DNA of 63,203 bases, filler included, from Dimorphilus gyrociliatus (Eukaryota > Animalia > Annelida), in assembly GCA_904063045.1 (NCBI GenBank). It is 6 parts of 6 records of this genome, joined end to end, with 100 filler letters (N's around TTAATTAATTAA, not from the genome) between each part and the next. Parts side by side here need not be neighbours in the genome. Positions count along the whole stretch, not along the records: positions 10,135 to 32,988 come from CAJFCJ010000112.1; positions 33,089 to 39,542 come from CAJFCJ010000315.1; 4 more parts are not named here. One strand, 5' to 3'. A program made the translations under genes and the position numbers. Below the pieces are notes generated by a model that did not search any database, was not told where the DNA came from, and saw nothing but the letters and a program-made list of their open reading frames with translations. Of this stretch, positions 21,809-35,480 are shown in pieces (within the stretch, counting starts at the first letter, position 1; the number at the start of each line of letters is the position of its first letter).

Positions 21809-23236
21809 GTGGATTTCAAAATTATGTGTACTGGACACAAAATCTCTTCAAACTCTTTAAACACACTTGAAAATATTAATTTCTCAGACAATAGAAGCAT
21901 GAGAAATGGATTTAAAGTAATATGTGATGGATTCAAATCTTCTGCAAACACTTTGAAAATAATAAGGTTTTTTTACTATGAATTAAATGATGAACAAGCT
22001 AAATGTTTGGGAGAAACATTGAAAGAATGCTCAACACTTGAAGAAATTAATCTCTCTTGCAATAGCAGAATGGGAAATGGATTTAAAGAAATATGTGATG
22101 GACTCAAATCTTCTTCAAACACTTTGAAAATAATTAGTTTTGATAGCTGTGAATTAAATGATGAACAAGCTAAATTTCTGGGAGAAATGTTTAAAGAGTG
22201 CTCAACACTTGAAGATATTGATTTGTCCTGTAATGAAAATATGGCAAATGGATTTAAAGTAATATGTGATGGACTCAAATCTTCTTCGAATACTTTGAAA
22301 ATAATTAGGTTTTGTAGATGTTCATTAAATGATGAAGAAGCTAAATTTCTGGGAGAAATGTTTAAAGAGTGCTCAACACTTGAAGATATTGATTTGTCCT
22401 GCAATGAAAATATGGCAAATGGATTTAAAGTAATATGTGATGGACTCAAATCGTCTTCAAATACTTTGAAAATAATTAGGTTTTGCTATGAATTAAATGA
22501 TGAACAAGCTAAATGTTTTGGAGAAACATTGAAAGAGTGCTCAACACTTGAAAATATTAATTTCTCTGACAACAACAATATGGCAAATGGATTTAAAGTA
22601 ATATGTGATGGACTCAAATCTTCTTCAAACACTTTGAAAATAATTAGGTTCTGTAGATGTGCATTAAATGATGAACAGGCAAAATGTCTAGGAGAAACAG
22701 TTAAAGAGTGTTCAACACTTGAATATATTAATTTGTCCTGTAATAAAGATATGGCAAATGGATTTAAAATAATATGTGATGGACTCAAATCTTCTTCAAA
22801 CATTTTGAAAATAATTAGTTTTTGTTACTGTGCATTAAATGATGAACTAGCTAAATGTTTGGGAAAAACATTTAAAGAGTGTTCAACACTTGAAGATATT
22901 GATCTCTCTTTTAATAGCAGCATGGGAAATGGATTTAAAGAAATATGTGATGGACTCAAATCTTCTTCAAACACTTTGAAAATAATTAGTTTTGATAGCT
23001 GTGAATTAAATGATGAACAAGCTAAATTTCTGGGAGAAATGTTTAAAGAGTGTTCAACACTTGAAGATATTGATTTGTCTGGTAATAAAGATATGGCAAA
23101 TGGATTTAAAGAAATATGTGATGGACTCAAATCTTCTTCAAATACTTTGAAAATAATTAATTTTTGTTACTGTGAACTAAATGATGAACTAGCTAATTAT
23201 ATCAGAGAAACATTAAAAGTGAAATTACTACTGTAG
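21809..23236 (+). CDS. RNI-like LRR protein, paralog of the giant LRR gene (about eight 56-aa units)
   Basis: 475-aa ORF of units LKIIxFxxCxLNDEQAKxLGExxKECSTLExIxLSxNxxMxNGFKxICDGLKSSSNT. Stop-ridden sequence at about 21300-21800 weakly resembles the N-terminal region of the other LRR gene. Confidence 0.88.
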   Translation: MDFKIMCTGHKISSNSLNTLENINFSDNRSMRNGFKVICDGFKSSANTLKIIRFFYYELNDEQAKCLGETLKECSTLEEINLSCNSRMGNGFKEICDGLKSSSNTLKIISFDSCELNDEQAKFLGEMFKECSTLEDIDLSCNENMANGFKVICDGLKSSSNTLKIIRFCRCSLNDEEAKFLGEMFKECSTLEDIDLSCNENMANGFKVICDGLKSSSNTLKIIRFCYELNDEQAKCFGETLKECSTLENINFSDNNNMANGFKVICDGLKSSSNTLKIIRFCRCALNDEQAKCLGETVKECSTLEYINLSCNKDMANGFKIICDGLKSSSNILKIISFCYCALNDELAKCLGKTFKECSTLEDIDLSFNSSMGNGFKEICDGLKSSSNTLKIISFDSCELNDEQAKFLGEMFKECSTLEDIDLSGNKDMANGFKEICDGLKSSSNTLKIINFCYCELNDELANYIRETLKVKLLL

Positions 23237-25102
23237 TTTTTTATAGAGATTAGTTGATTTAATTCCTTAATTCCAATATTAAGATTTTTCAAAGAAAAAC
23301 CATACACATACATTTATCAGTTCTATTCTACCATAGTTATTGTCTAGTTTAAAAACTTGGTTTTATTGCAAATACAAGTTGAACAGGAAAAAGAAAATTC
23401 AGAGAATATTCCAGTTTTACAGCCAAAATCTTAGCTGGAAATTTTAATATAATAATAAGACAACATATTTGCTTACACTATTGCTCTAGGAAATATTTAG
23501 AAAATGTTTTCCCAAAAGTTCAAACAAGTTAAAAGAAATGAAAATTATGCTCATTTGGATAAAGATTAGGGTCACTCTTATTCAATTATTTGGGAAAAGG
23601 TTAGTTCCAACTTTTCCTCCCTTGTTATCAAATCCCTCTTCTTATGTCCTTGTTAGGTAAGGGTTCCAATTAGGGTGAGGTGAAAAAAAAATGTTTTTGT
23701 TTCTTATTGGACTAGTTATTGTTATACAATTGGACTGCTCTGGTCTTGCCAATTTATTCATTTACAGACAACAGTACTGGTTCTATGTGAACATTAAAAA
23801 CAGCTGTGCAGCCTTCACCATCCTAAGTTTGTCATATTTAAATGTTTAAGCCCATTTAATAGATGATTCTATTATTTTAACAATTTATAATTGAATGTTT
23901 ACAATTTGCAAAAATAATTGTCCCAATTGCCTTTTATCCTTAAATAATCTTGATATAAGCTACTTCTAAGAGCACAGTTGTGAATTGGCTTCAGGAAAAA
24001 CTTGAGTAACTGCTTTCCACAAGCCTACCTCAAGGTCCAATACAAAATTGTGCAGTTTTTTCTTCTTCATAACACTTTCTACTTCCTTAAAGAGCAGAAT
24101 AATTTTTTGTTTTATTTTAGCAAATTTTTTGAATTACTCACTCTTAAAACTTCCAAGTAGCGTTTCTTTTTTTTCCCCACTCATTAAGATAAACAAAAGT
24201 GGCTAAATTGTCCCCAACTGAATTATCCCCACATCGACTTCCATCAATTGTCATTGAAGATAGAATTAGATGATTAGAACATAGATGTACCAGCTTGTTG
24301 GCTCATTTTGCCAATGTATTCTTTGCCATAAAAGAAAAGTCATAATATCATTTTTTTTATCTATGCCTAAAATAGTTCAAACTACAAAATTTTTTTGTTT
24401 TTTGATCTTAACTTCTCTTATATTGAAAAAATGATCTATAAGTTTGACACTACTCATTACAGACACTATAGTTAAGGTCAAGTTTTTTTCTCATTTGAAT
24501 AATTAAAGCAATATATTTCTGTTGTTGTTTAATGATTCTACTACTAAATATATTAACCATTTAAAGTAGAATAAGAAGTATAAAAAATTATTGAGAAGAA
24601 GCCATAAAATCATTTAAATTCTTCTAACATTTCAAATCAAAAATTCATATTTTAGATCACTTTTCAAAATTGATGTTTCATTTTCAATTTTTTCAGAAGA
24701 GCGAGAGAGCGAGACTACTTAAAGAATATATCCTGTTATTAACAGATAGAAAAGATATTCTCTTGAAATCTAGATATTTCCTTCAATGTATAACGTATTT
24801 TCAATCAATTTTTTTAAATCATTTTTTATCCTATTCTTAACATCATCTTCTTTTTAAAAGCTTTTTTTTAAATATATATCAAGAATTTATATCTATATAT
24901 GTGTTTGTAATGCTTAATATGTGCCTAAACTACTCAATGCTCTATCATACACTAAAGCAAACAGAAAGCTTTTAACATATTCTTTAATATTTAAAATAAA
25001 CTTCTTTTGATCAAAATTAAATCATGGATAATATGTATATATATATATATATTGACTGGTATAACTTGTGGTCTATCTATATATGGCAATTGTCAAGATA
25101 CT

Positions 25103-26011
25103 ATGAATTTAACTTTAGCTGGATTTTCTATTAAATATGATTTAGATGAAATGGAAAACATCATTCTACATATCATATCTTATACAATTATAATTTCTGG
25201 ATTAACACTAACAGCAATAGTTATTTTTCTTTTTTTAAAATTTGAGTCTGTTAGAGAATCCTGTGGATATTTTATTTTTTTCCTTATGCTGAATCATCTT
25301 TTATTACTCATAATATTTCTACTTGGAAATATACTTTATCTTTTGGGAAGACTTTTTAACCCTACTCCAACTCTATGTATTATCTCAATAGTAATTCCTG
25401 GTGTAGGAAATATTCTTTCTCAGATCAACTTTCTAGGCCTATTTGTTAGCAGATATTTGTCAATAAAATTTCCTTTTAAGTACAACTATTATTGTCATTC
25501 AAAGAATAAGATATTAATAACAATTCTTATAAATATCTTTGGTTTTTTGGTCTCTCTCTATTCTATCATAAAGCCTTATAAGAAATCAACAATCTGCTAT
25601 GGTTACATTTCAGTAGATATTGATTCTTTTATTGTATTTTTATTCTTTTTCTTTGGTCCAATTCTACCATCTGTAACATTTCACTTTCTCACATTAAAAT
25701 TGGCTAAAAAGCATGCAAGATCTATGGAAAATCAATTACAATCTTCTCAATCCATCTCTAAATCTTCTAAGGCAACATTTTGTAAATTAATCTTGGTTAT
25801 CCTATTATGGATATGCTATATTGGTATTTTTAGTACTATATCGCTAAATGTATATGTTTCATTCAAAAAATTGATTATTATGCAATATATTATACTTTTT
25901 CCAACTATTACTAATTCACTTATAGTACTCATCAGTAATTCTCATATAAAACTTATTTTGAAAAATTGTTGTAAATTGAAAATACATGCTACCAATAACA
26001 GCAACAGTTAA
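25103..26011 (+). CDS. Intronless class A (rhodopsin-like) orphan GPCR, chemoreceptor-like
   Basis: Seven hydrophobic segments, N-terminal NLT sequon, TM3 C...SRYLSIKFPFKY (DRY-like) motif. Likely ATG at 25103 within ORF 25007-26011. Confidence 0.85.
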   Translation: MNLTLAGFSIKYDLDEMENIILHIISYTIIISGLTLTAIVIFLFLKFESVRESCGYFIFFLMLNHLLLLIIFLLGNILYLLGRLFNPTPTLCIISIVIPGVGNILSQINFLGLFVSRYLSIKFPFKYNYYCHSKNKILITILINIFGFLVSLYSIIKPYKKSTICYGYISVDIDSFIVFLFFFFGPILPSVTFHFLTLKLAKKHARSMENQLQSSQSISKSSKATFCKLILVILLWICYIGIFSTISLNVYVSFKKLIIMQYIILFPTITNSLIVLISNSHIKLILKNCCKLKIHATNNSNS

Positions 26012-27050
26012 ACTGGATAACATCTACTATTTGCATTAAGCTTGACCTTTACCTTAATGTTATGCTAATTTATCATATTATTAAGTAGTTTATTATTTGT
26101 TTTGTTTTTCATCTTCACTGGCGACTTGTCAGAGAGAAAAACAACTTTATACATCTTAAAGATTAACATAGGCCTATTTACTGACACCAGTAGTAAGGAC
26201 ATAATACAAAAAGCTAACTTTCTATACATTAGTAATATTGAATAATGCATTTGCTAAATATTCATCCTAAAAGGATTATTAGTGTTGTTAATTATGGCAA
26301 AACACTCCTGGAAATTTGATATTTTTGTTAAATTTGTTTTTTTGCATAGACAAATATTACTCAATTTTTAACAGTTTGGATAATCCGAAATAAAATTTGA
26401 ATAAAAGGTTTCAATAAAATCTCTTATTCTTCCAGAATGTTCTTTTTTTCTTATGTCTGAAATTGATTAACTTCTACCAGAAGCTGCCTTCTGGCAAAAG
26501 TAAAGTTTCACTTACTCCCTACAGAGAGTATACATTAAATTTTTTTAACTTCTTTGGACTAGTGACAGAAAAGCTTTGAGTGAGTCATATATATGAAGCA
26601 CACAAAAATTTCAACAATCACAATACAGATACATTCTGAAACTAGCTGAAAGACAACTTGATATCTACAAACTATATTTGCTTATATCTTACCTCAATGA
26701 AATAACAAATATTTGATAATTTTAAAGTTTGCATGTCTCAAGATGTTTCAATTTAAATACCAATGACCTTTTCAGTTGGGTTGCTGATGCAGTTGTGAGC
26801 TTTTTAAGCAAAAACCTGTGTTCTGGAGGTAAATTCAGGTGCAAACAAAATCTGCATTAGCAATTTTGTAATGCAAAAAAACATTTTTTAAAGCTTGTGT
26901 TAGAGTAGAGAAAATACTTTATGCAAGATAATTAGTTTGATCAGACACTGATTGATATGTAAATTAGATCTTGTGAACCATTTTATTCAAGAACAGCATA
27001 ATACAATCAACTGTAGATGGAGATTGAAATTTTGTGTCTTATTTTAAAGA

Positions 27051-29130
27051 TTAAAAATCTACTGATATATCACACAGAGACAATTTTGGAATGTCTGACA
27101 ACTCATATATATGTATAAGAATATGTAAATTATCTAATCCTTTATTGCTTCTTGCTTCACATTCAAATGGAAAATGAAAATAGGAATTTTTCTCAATCAT
27201 TGTCTGCTGCTGTTTACATAACTTGCCATCAGCATTATCCAACTTGATGAAGATATTAACATTAAAATCTCCCAAAAGAGTATCAGTTTTTTTTAATACA
27301 ACTTTAGAAAAAGTACTATTGCTTCTAAAGCCATTTCCATTTGACAGTTTGTAATGAAAGAGACTGTTTCTTTCCTTTAGTGGTGTGCATGTATAAATAT
27401 GTGGATCAATTGCTTTATAATATTCATTATTAGTGCAGTCGTGATAAAAGTTTTCCAGTTTTATTCCATCTGTAAAAAAAATACAGTAAAATGTAGGTTT
27501 ACAAACTATCATTATAATATTTGTATACCTTCATCAACAACCCTCACTCCATTTTTTATATTTGACAAACCATTTTTAAACAAGATTTGTCTTGGTTTGA
27601 TAGATATGGCTGATGAGATAGTTGCCAATCTAGAAATACCATATTCCATACCCAAACCAAATGTTATATGACTTTCTGACATTTCTAGCCAGAAACTTTT
27701 CCAATCATCACAACTAAACAATGGTAAAGAACTTATTTGTATTGAAGGTTGATTAGTTACTTCCATTGATGAAATTTTGTTGTTGTTTATAATTTCATTG
27801 AGCTTTATAGTCAATTGGATTGATGTTTCACTTTTAAAGGCAATTATAAAAGATGAACAATCATCTGTTTGACCTAGATTTACACCTAAAATTTGAAATT
27901 TTATAGCCCTAAAATTCTGGTAAACATAAGGTGATAGATGATAGACAACAAAGTTTTCTGACTGAATTAAATATATCAATTTTGAAGAATCTATATAGAG
28001 AGATTATTTTATTAAACTTTAACCTTGACCTTTTATCCTAATATTAATCTTACCTTTTACAAAAACACTCACATATTGAAATCCAACATTTTTGTCAATG
28101 TAAACATCCATAATGGTAAGTTTTAGTCCATGTTCCATTCCAAAAGAATTTGTATAATTAAAGCAATGTATCTGGTCAGCATTTGGAAGATTTACTGTCT
28201 GATTAAATCCTGAACTCCATTCAACTCTAACAGTCTTAATTCTATTTGTAAATTGGTGTCTGTTTTTAAAAGTATAAAAATGGTGGATATAACATTAAAA
28301 ATGTATAGTATGATATTGATAATGATAAAATACCCATTTGATATGCATAGTAGTTTTGGTTCTGCAGGGAATGCTAATGCTACATCAATATAATGATTTA
28401 CACACGACCCTTTCAATGAGTCACTCACATCACAATTTGGACTCCAGGTTTTAGTTATGTCTCGGTCTAGTGCTTCGCTACATTCAAAAGTTGACCTTGA
28501 ACTTGATGCACTACAGCTAGCTCCTACATGTTTAAAAGCTGTGTTTGTAAGTTTATCTCCGTTGTGTACTATTGAAAAGTTTGATAAATAAAGGTAAATC
28601 AATAGGATTAGACAATAATCAATAGGAATATTTATTTTTTTCACAATATTCTCCTACCATTTTCATTCTCTAGTGCAAAAATAGATATATCATTAAACCC
28701 AATATTTCTTGTATTTCCAGACATATAGGACTCTGCTTCAAATTTTGCCTTAGATGAACTAGATCCATCGCCATCTTCAAGCAACAAACATGTTGTTAAA
28801 ATGTTAATGTGATAAATCCGGGTTGGATTAGTTCCCATGGTAACTTTAATGGCTGTCATCAATGATGAAGGGTCAACTAACCTCTGGGTAGTACAAAACT
28901 CTATTACATCATAGATCTTTGTAAAAGTAATCTCTATCCAATGTTGCTTGCAATTTGCATTTGAGCAGAGAGCTGCCCAATCATTGTAATCAATCCAGAA
29001 AGGTTTCAGGGCAAATTCACACTCAAAGTTATACTTTGCAGTTGGAAATGTGGAAGAACGTGTGCACATTGCCCCATTGGATTTTCTGGCTACATTAATT
29101 AGCTTACTGTCTCCTAACGTTGATAATAAA
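27051..29130 (-). CDS. Multi-exon putative secreted protein with two F5/8 type C (discoidin)-like domains and a farnesoic acid O-methyltransferase-like domain
   Basis: NVARKSNGAMCTRSS..QHWIEITFTKIYDV..; NTAFKHVGASCSASSS..TWSP..YIDVAL; FSCDDWKSFWLEMSESHITFGLG. A phase-1 intron at 28569-28657 joins two ORFs. Gene ends not resolved. Confidence 0.6.
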
Positions 29131-29917
29131 AATGAAATCTAATATAAACAAGAGAGAAAAAATAGGATTCATACTAACTTGATGAAATTCCTCCAACAAT
29201 GATACACTTTCTAAAGATCAATACAAAAGTCATATTATAGATAAAATTGAGGATAGACATTTTCATTTTCAGTGACAAGAGTTGATTGAATGTATTAAAA
29301 AAGCCCATGTAAATCGATCTCTCTAGAATTATTTAACATATTCTGTATTGAAATTATCATATACAGTAAAATTCATTCAAAGATCTCTATAAATTTTGTA
29401 AACAAAAACTCTTTTCGAATTTATTGTCCTGCATGCAAAGATAATTCTTTAATTATTTACATTTTGAATTAGTTACAAAGTCTTTGGAAAATTAATCAGT
29501 TTTTTCCCCTCTTTTTTTCTTTATCAATAATACTATGAAAAATACATTAAAATTATAATTTTTTCAATGTTTTTGGTATTTTTATATGATTTGGAAAACA
29601 ACATTTTTTTGCTTACTTTTTGGTGTTATTTCTCAGCAATTAGGCATAAAATTAAAGAAATTACATATTTATCTTCTATTAAAGAACAATTCCATCATTT
29701 TCATTACATTACACTGTTGCCATAGTAACATTTATATTTTATCCATAGTATATACAAATTATAAGTAATTTATTAACAAGAATAAACACAGAATAAACTC
29801 AGTAGCTTCTCTCTTCTATTCTAAAGGACGCCATACATATAAATAATCCAAACTATGTTTGATGAACTAAAGTGTAAGTCTTAACAACCGAAAATTTTCT
29901 TGAAGATCCATTAAAGA

Positions 29918-30050
29918 GGCTGTCATGGAAAACGTCCACAAAACTGTGCTCTTACCCTAACCCTAACCTAGCCAGTGGGTTTGCCTAACCACTCTGAATA
30001 GCCCTAACCCTGAGATGGTATGCCCCTAACTGCAAATCAATGGCTATCTT
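29918..30050 (+). mobile_element. Truncated copy of the MULE MITE family
   Basis: ggctgtcatgGAAAACGTCCAC followed by taccctaaccctaacctagcc..cccctaactgcaaatcaatggctatc, similar to 60713-60845. The other end is missing. Confidence 0.65.
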
Positions 30051-30249
30051 TTTTTTTAATACAATATATTAACAAGTATATACTTTCACTTGAAAAGAGG
30101 CACTCATATTCAGGAAAAGTTCTTTGGGGACAATTCTCAATTAGTTTTCTATTGTAATTAAAAATTGATAAACTATCTAAACAGAGGGGGAAACTTGGAT
30201 TAGTTTATACATAAATAATAAACGTTATTTCGGTAGAAATTAATCAACA

Positions 30250-30515
30250 AAATACCAATATTTCATCAAAAGAATATGTATTGAGTAAAATGAGCTTTAG
30301 GCAAGTTTAAGCAACCATCTGACAGTGAGAGAAGTGAACTATCAACTGTTAATTTACTCTTTTAAAGGTTGATAGTTGACTAAATTCAATGTTCACAAAA
30401 ACAAAAGTAATATATGAAGACAAAGAAAAGTTGTAAATATGCTCATCCTTTTATTGTTTTCTTCTTTTGAATAATAGTTGTATTTCTCAGGTTGGAGAGT
30501 TGCATAAGATGTAAA
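30250..30515 (-). mobile_element. Gypsy LTR/leader remnant
   Basis: Reverse complement aligns colinearly with about 45652-45940 (ttacatcttatgcaactctccaacc ... ctcattttactcaatacatattcttt), with the TATA segment deleted. Confidence 0.8.
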
Positions 30516-30603
30516 GAATACGACAGAAAACGGCCACAAATCAACAGAAAACGGCCCCAACTGGAACAGAAAACGGCCCCAACTGAGACAGAAAACAGCC
30601 ACA
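30516..30603 (+). repeat. Solo MULE terminus with four ACAGAAAACGGCC sub-repeats
   Basis: gaatacgacaGAAAACG start with the canonical 10-nt offset, abutting the LTR remnant. No partner end seen. Confidence 0.6.
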
Positions 30604-33600
30604 GGATTCTTCAACCTAAAATATATAAAACAAGAAATGAATTAAATTTTGAAAGTGTGTTTATTTGAAGAGTTGAATACATTATGAGACTACAACTTAA
30701 AAGATCATGCAATTTAACAACAATTGATTTATTTATTGAGCTATTAAATAAAGTTCAGAACACTTTACTAGAACTTCTGATGAAGTAATCTCATGCTTTT
30801 TTGAAAGGTAGATATTCTTTCAACATCTAGTTATAAATCAAGATATTTATAGCGCTATCATTGTGTTCTTTTGTCCACTTAATTCTATATTAAATCCTCT
30901 AATTTACACTTTTTCTGAAGTAACTCTATACAATTTGAAAAATAGGACTAAGGAAGATAAAATGTACAAATAAGCTTTTTTCTAAATTTCTAGTATTTTA
31001 TATTATTTGTTTTTACTATTAAAATCTTTATTTAAGAAAAGCACTACATTGGAGCAAGTAATCAAGAAAAACAATCATATTAAATGTAGTCTTTTTTCAA
31101 AAATTTAAAGAACAAATTTTTAGCATTAAATTTTCCTTTCTTTTGGTTTTAGTTCGATCTTGCATGGAATTTTCAAATAGGCATTGCATTTTTAAAGAAA
31201 ATATCAACTCTTATAAGAGCCTGTTCATAGATGCAAAAATTTTCACTAATTTAAAATACTTAAAATGTATTAAAGATATAACAATGGCTATAGTTGCAGC
31301 TCATCAAAATTCATTAAGTTTCAAAAATTTTCCAACTATTCTTCTTTCTCAAGTTTTGTTTATTTCAAATATTTTTATTTAAATTTTTCTCTAAATAAAA
31401 TTTTCTTTTAGCAAAAAGCTGAAAATTATTTAATTTCTTCACAACTAATTCATTCAAATCATTCATTTGAAAGAGATGATATTAAGAATCTTGGTTTATT
31501 CATTCAAAAAATTTGTGACAGAGTTTTTAAATTAAAATTATGTCAATCATTCTAATAGAAAAATAATTGTTTCATGCTTGCTTATTAACTAATTTGCGTA
31601 ATAAACTTTTGAAAATTGTCAAGACGTATTGTTTTTGTTACAAAATTAGTTTTTGCTGCTTTGAGTAGGTATTTTCTTTTTCATCTTGTAATGCCAAAAT
31701 TTTCATAACATTTTAGGCTTAATTTATTAGGTAAATAAACTATTAAAATATACTTGAGAAAAACAGAAAATAGTTCAATTTTTTACAAACTCAGATATAA
31801 AGTGACTAGTAATGCTTTATACCATTTTGGGAGTGATTACTTATGCTCTCCACCTACAGAAGATTACATTAATCTATATAAAATAATTCTATGTCTTAAT
31901 AAATCTTGTTTCTCTCTTTTTCAAGTAGCTTTTAAACCTTATTAGAAGTTCTTAGCTTTTCACTATTTAATATATTTTTAAAACAAAAATTTTTCTTAGC
32001 TGTATGATGTCTTTTCCCACTCATATGATATTTTTTCCAAGTATTAGAACATTTTCCATTAAATGAGAATGACACTGCTATGATCTCAATATAAGAAAAT
32101 AAAAATATTTATTTATAAATTGTTTTTCCATAATTTTGGGTCAAGACAGATGACCCCTGGGCAGTGTACTTAACTCTAAGACAATTGGTCACCAAGACTG
32201 CTTAGAGCCAACTTGAAATAGTTAATGAAATATTCAGTAAAATCATCTTAATTGAATATACTTGGTTGTATTGTAATTGTGAGAATTTGAGCTATTCACA
32301 ATTGTATAAGTCCTTTCCATCAGTCTCTAATCTCCAACTGTGAACTACACTGTACTGTTACATTGCAACTAATTTACTTAATAAATGTTAACTCTCATCT
32401 TTCTTTAATACATTGGTATATTTCAATACTAAACTCATTCTAAAGGTTTGTATTTTGTGGACAAACTTGAGACTCTCTTAAGACTGGAAAATTTCATGAA
32501 AGGAATAAAACATTAAAATTAATCATAAAAATCAATCTGCGAGGTAAGTACTGGTCACTGGTCCAAATAGAATCAAATTAGGAGTAAGCCACTCAGAAGA
32601 GATGTAGAATTGAGGGAAGGCATATATAGAAGCAATTTGTAAGAATAATATAACTGATTTATAAAGTAATACTAGACCTGTTCACTAAGATGGTTGATTC
32701 AGGACTAAATCCTGTTACTACCTACACCCTGGCTTTTATATAGCTCCTTGTCACTTGTTTATGCCTTAGGTGTAAACAAATAGGGTCTAGTCACCAGATA
32801 AGGATTATTCTCAATAAAACAGGGTCAAGGGTTATATTATGCAATAGTGATATAAACAACAAGGGGTTTTGTCATTTATATAAACTAGATATATTATATT
32901 AACTAGAGTTCATAAATGTACACAAACTAAACATTATCAAATGTTGCTTCATTGCTTCCTATTCTGCAATAGTTTCCTCACAATAATANNNNNNNNNNNN
33001 NNNNNNNNNNNNNNNNNNNNNNNNNNNNNNNNTTAATTAATTAANNNNNNNNNNNNNNNNNNNNNNNNNNNNNNNNNNNNNNNNNNNNAAATTCTCTATT
33101 CTTTCTGCTTGATAATATAATTACGAAATCTTACTATATGTGATTCTATAATATAGAAATTGAATAATCTCTCTTTTCTAGACACTTTTAGCTGTGTTAA
33201 CTTTTAATCTTTTTATTACAAGGGGGGTACTTCTGCTATGCCTGGCTCCAGATTTACTGCATACTAAATAACATTAATATAAAAACAATAAATAGTCCCA
33301 ACGACCCTATCTTATACCATATACATCCCCTCTGAAAATGACACGATTTTCGAGAATCATTAAATCGTTTTTGTAAATCGCAATAATGATTTACTTTTAT
33401 CGAGAAGGTACATTTTATACGTATCCTAAGGTATCAAATCGACGTGAAAAAATCCATCATTTAAATCAATACTTAAAAAATGCCTCTATGTAGGCAATCT
33501 ATCGATAATTTCCTTTATCTTTGGAAGTAGAAATTCATCTAGAGAGACCAGAGCATTCAGTCTCCTTAGGTCTAACGTCAACCTACAATCGCTATTTTTT

Positions 33601-34754
33601 TAACAATGACCACTGACATAATTAAGATGTATTTTTCTCTATACTCTCCTTCTCTATCATATCATCAACCGCTTTATGCCCTTATTCTCTTCTCTCGATC
33701 ATAAACTTTTTTCCGGCTTAAAATCTCGCCTGGAGTTGTTTTCACTTAACACTTTATTGTAAACGTGCGAGTTGATCAAGTTTTAATATAATAATTTCCT
33801 AAAAGTAAATTAAATACTGGTGTATCTAATACGTATAGTAAAGTTTCTCTTTCTGTTTCCGTGTTTAATTCACATTTAGGTAAATGTTCTCAAACATGTC
33901 TTATAAACATTCACCATTGTCAGGATCTGTTCATGTTCTAAACTCTAAAGTGGTAATTTAAATACTAAGCCATCTTCTGAGAAATCAGATTGACACTTGA
34001 TCCAGTGGATATGATACATTAATATTTCTTCAGATTCCTTCCATATCTTCATATTTCACATCATTAATCTGCGCCTCCTCTTCCCATAGCATTCTTCTTA
34101 TAGGTTAATTTTGTGCTATATGGTCTCATTTTTGCATTTAAAACACTTGATGTGTTTAAATTTTGTGGTCGAAGTAGAAATCTTTGCGCCTGTACGGAAT
34201 CCACTCTGGTGAAAATGTTTGCGTTCAGACATTAACTTATAGACTTACAAAGCCTCTATGTTCTCATTAAAGCTGTGAGGGGTCACTAGAAAAAGTACTT
34301 GCAAATCTATCGGTGCTAATGTCGGTTGCATCTTATCAAACACTGTTGATCCCCCCTACCGTTATATTTTCTCTATTTCCTTCGCTCTTATTACATAAGC
34401 TGAACAGCGCTCATCTCTGTACTTGTTGGATCAACTAAAATGAGTCTAGAATTTTTTTTAATTAAAATAACTTTAGTAACAATTTTGAAGATAACAACAA
34501 TCTTTTCAATTATCTTCAGTTAATTTTTTGGGTATGAGTATTATAAAGGACTTTTCAAAAATTTAAAAAAATAGTTAAATTCTTTAATTAAATCTAAATT
34601 CATTAAATAAATTATCATATGTACTGCTTAGAAAAAAATTATCGGACTATTTAATTTTTTAAATTTATCACGTTTCCTAAACCAAATTGCTTGTAAAATA
34701 TACAAAAACTGTAAATCTATATTTGTATGTTTTCTTAATTCTCTTTTAGAAATT

Positions 34755-35480
34755 CTCTAGAAGCACTCTATATTGTGTGTATGGATTTATCTGTTTTGGG
34801 GAGAAACAAAATTATACGTGTAATTGACAGTTTAATAGTGATAGTTATGATCGTCTCTAAAGGGAGCTCAATATGCAGCCCGCTCATCTGTTATTACAGT
34901 GGTATTATTAGTTATATCATCGAAAATTACCGACCCCAATGTGTTTTTCTTCTTGTTTGGTACTTCAACTACAAAAATGTTATCAGTATTATGTTAATAT
35001 CACCTAAATACAAATATTGTGAATCATTTTATCTCTATTATATTTGTTTTCAAAATAAGGCTTTCATCAATCTCTACAATGTTTGGTGTTACGTCAAGAT
35101 TTACACTTCCTATTGGCTGCATTGTATTTATAATGTCATAGGCTATCGCCTCTGATATAATATTCTCCCATTTTAATACTATTCTTTTATTTATGTTAGG
35201 TCATGTGAACCGAACATCTTGTTGATATTGAACAACAATTTACTTATCATATTTAATAAGTTATAAAAACAACTTCGAACCATGAAAGAAACTTCCATCT
35301 CTTATGAATTTTTTTCATTACATACGGTGCATATAAAAAAAAGCCATCAACCTTGCTCATATCTTCAATCAAATGCATATTATTATTATATTTAGTACAC
35401 CTCTGAAAATTGTTGATTAGTTTAAACCTAGACATAATCTCAATTATTTCCTGCCTATCAATTAATTGATCTATGTCATG
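34755..35480 (-). mobile_element. Degenerate Merlin (IS1016/ISXO2-like) transposase
   Basis: Reverse-strand fragments: FQRCTKY..M.L..DG..IRDGSFFHGSKL, NIVEIDES, FVVEVPNKKKNTLGSVIF..TTVITDERAAY, VNYTYNFVSP..HTHNIE. Confidence 0.75.

Noticed and set aside
21976-23130. Antisense ORFs over the LRR and gag genes (also 40927-41199, 42187-42474, 58847-59119)
   Set aside because: Shadow frames of biased or repetitive coding sequence with no independent motifs.
33305-33345. Possible minus-strand polypurine tract followed by TGTA (LTR start)
   Set aside because: Too short; no matching second LTR or convincing pol sequence nearby.
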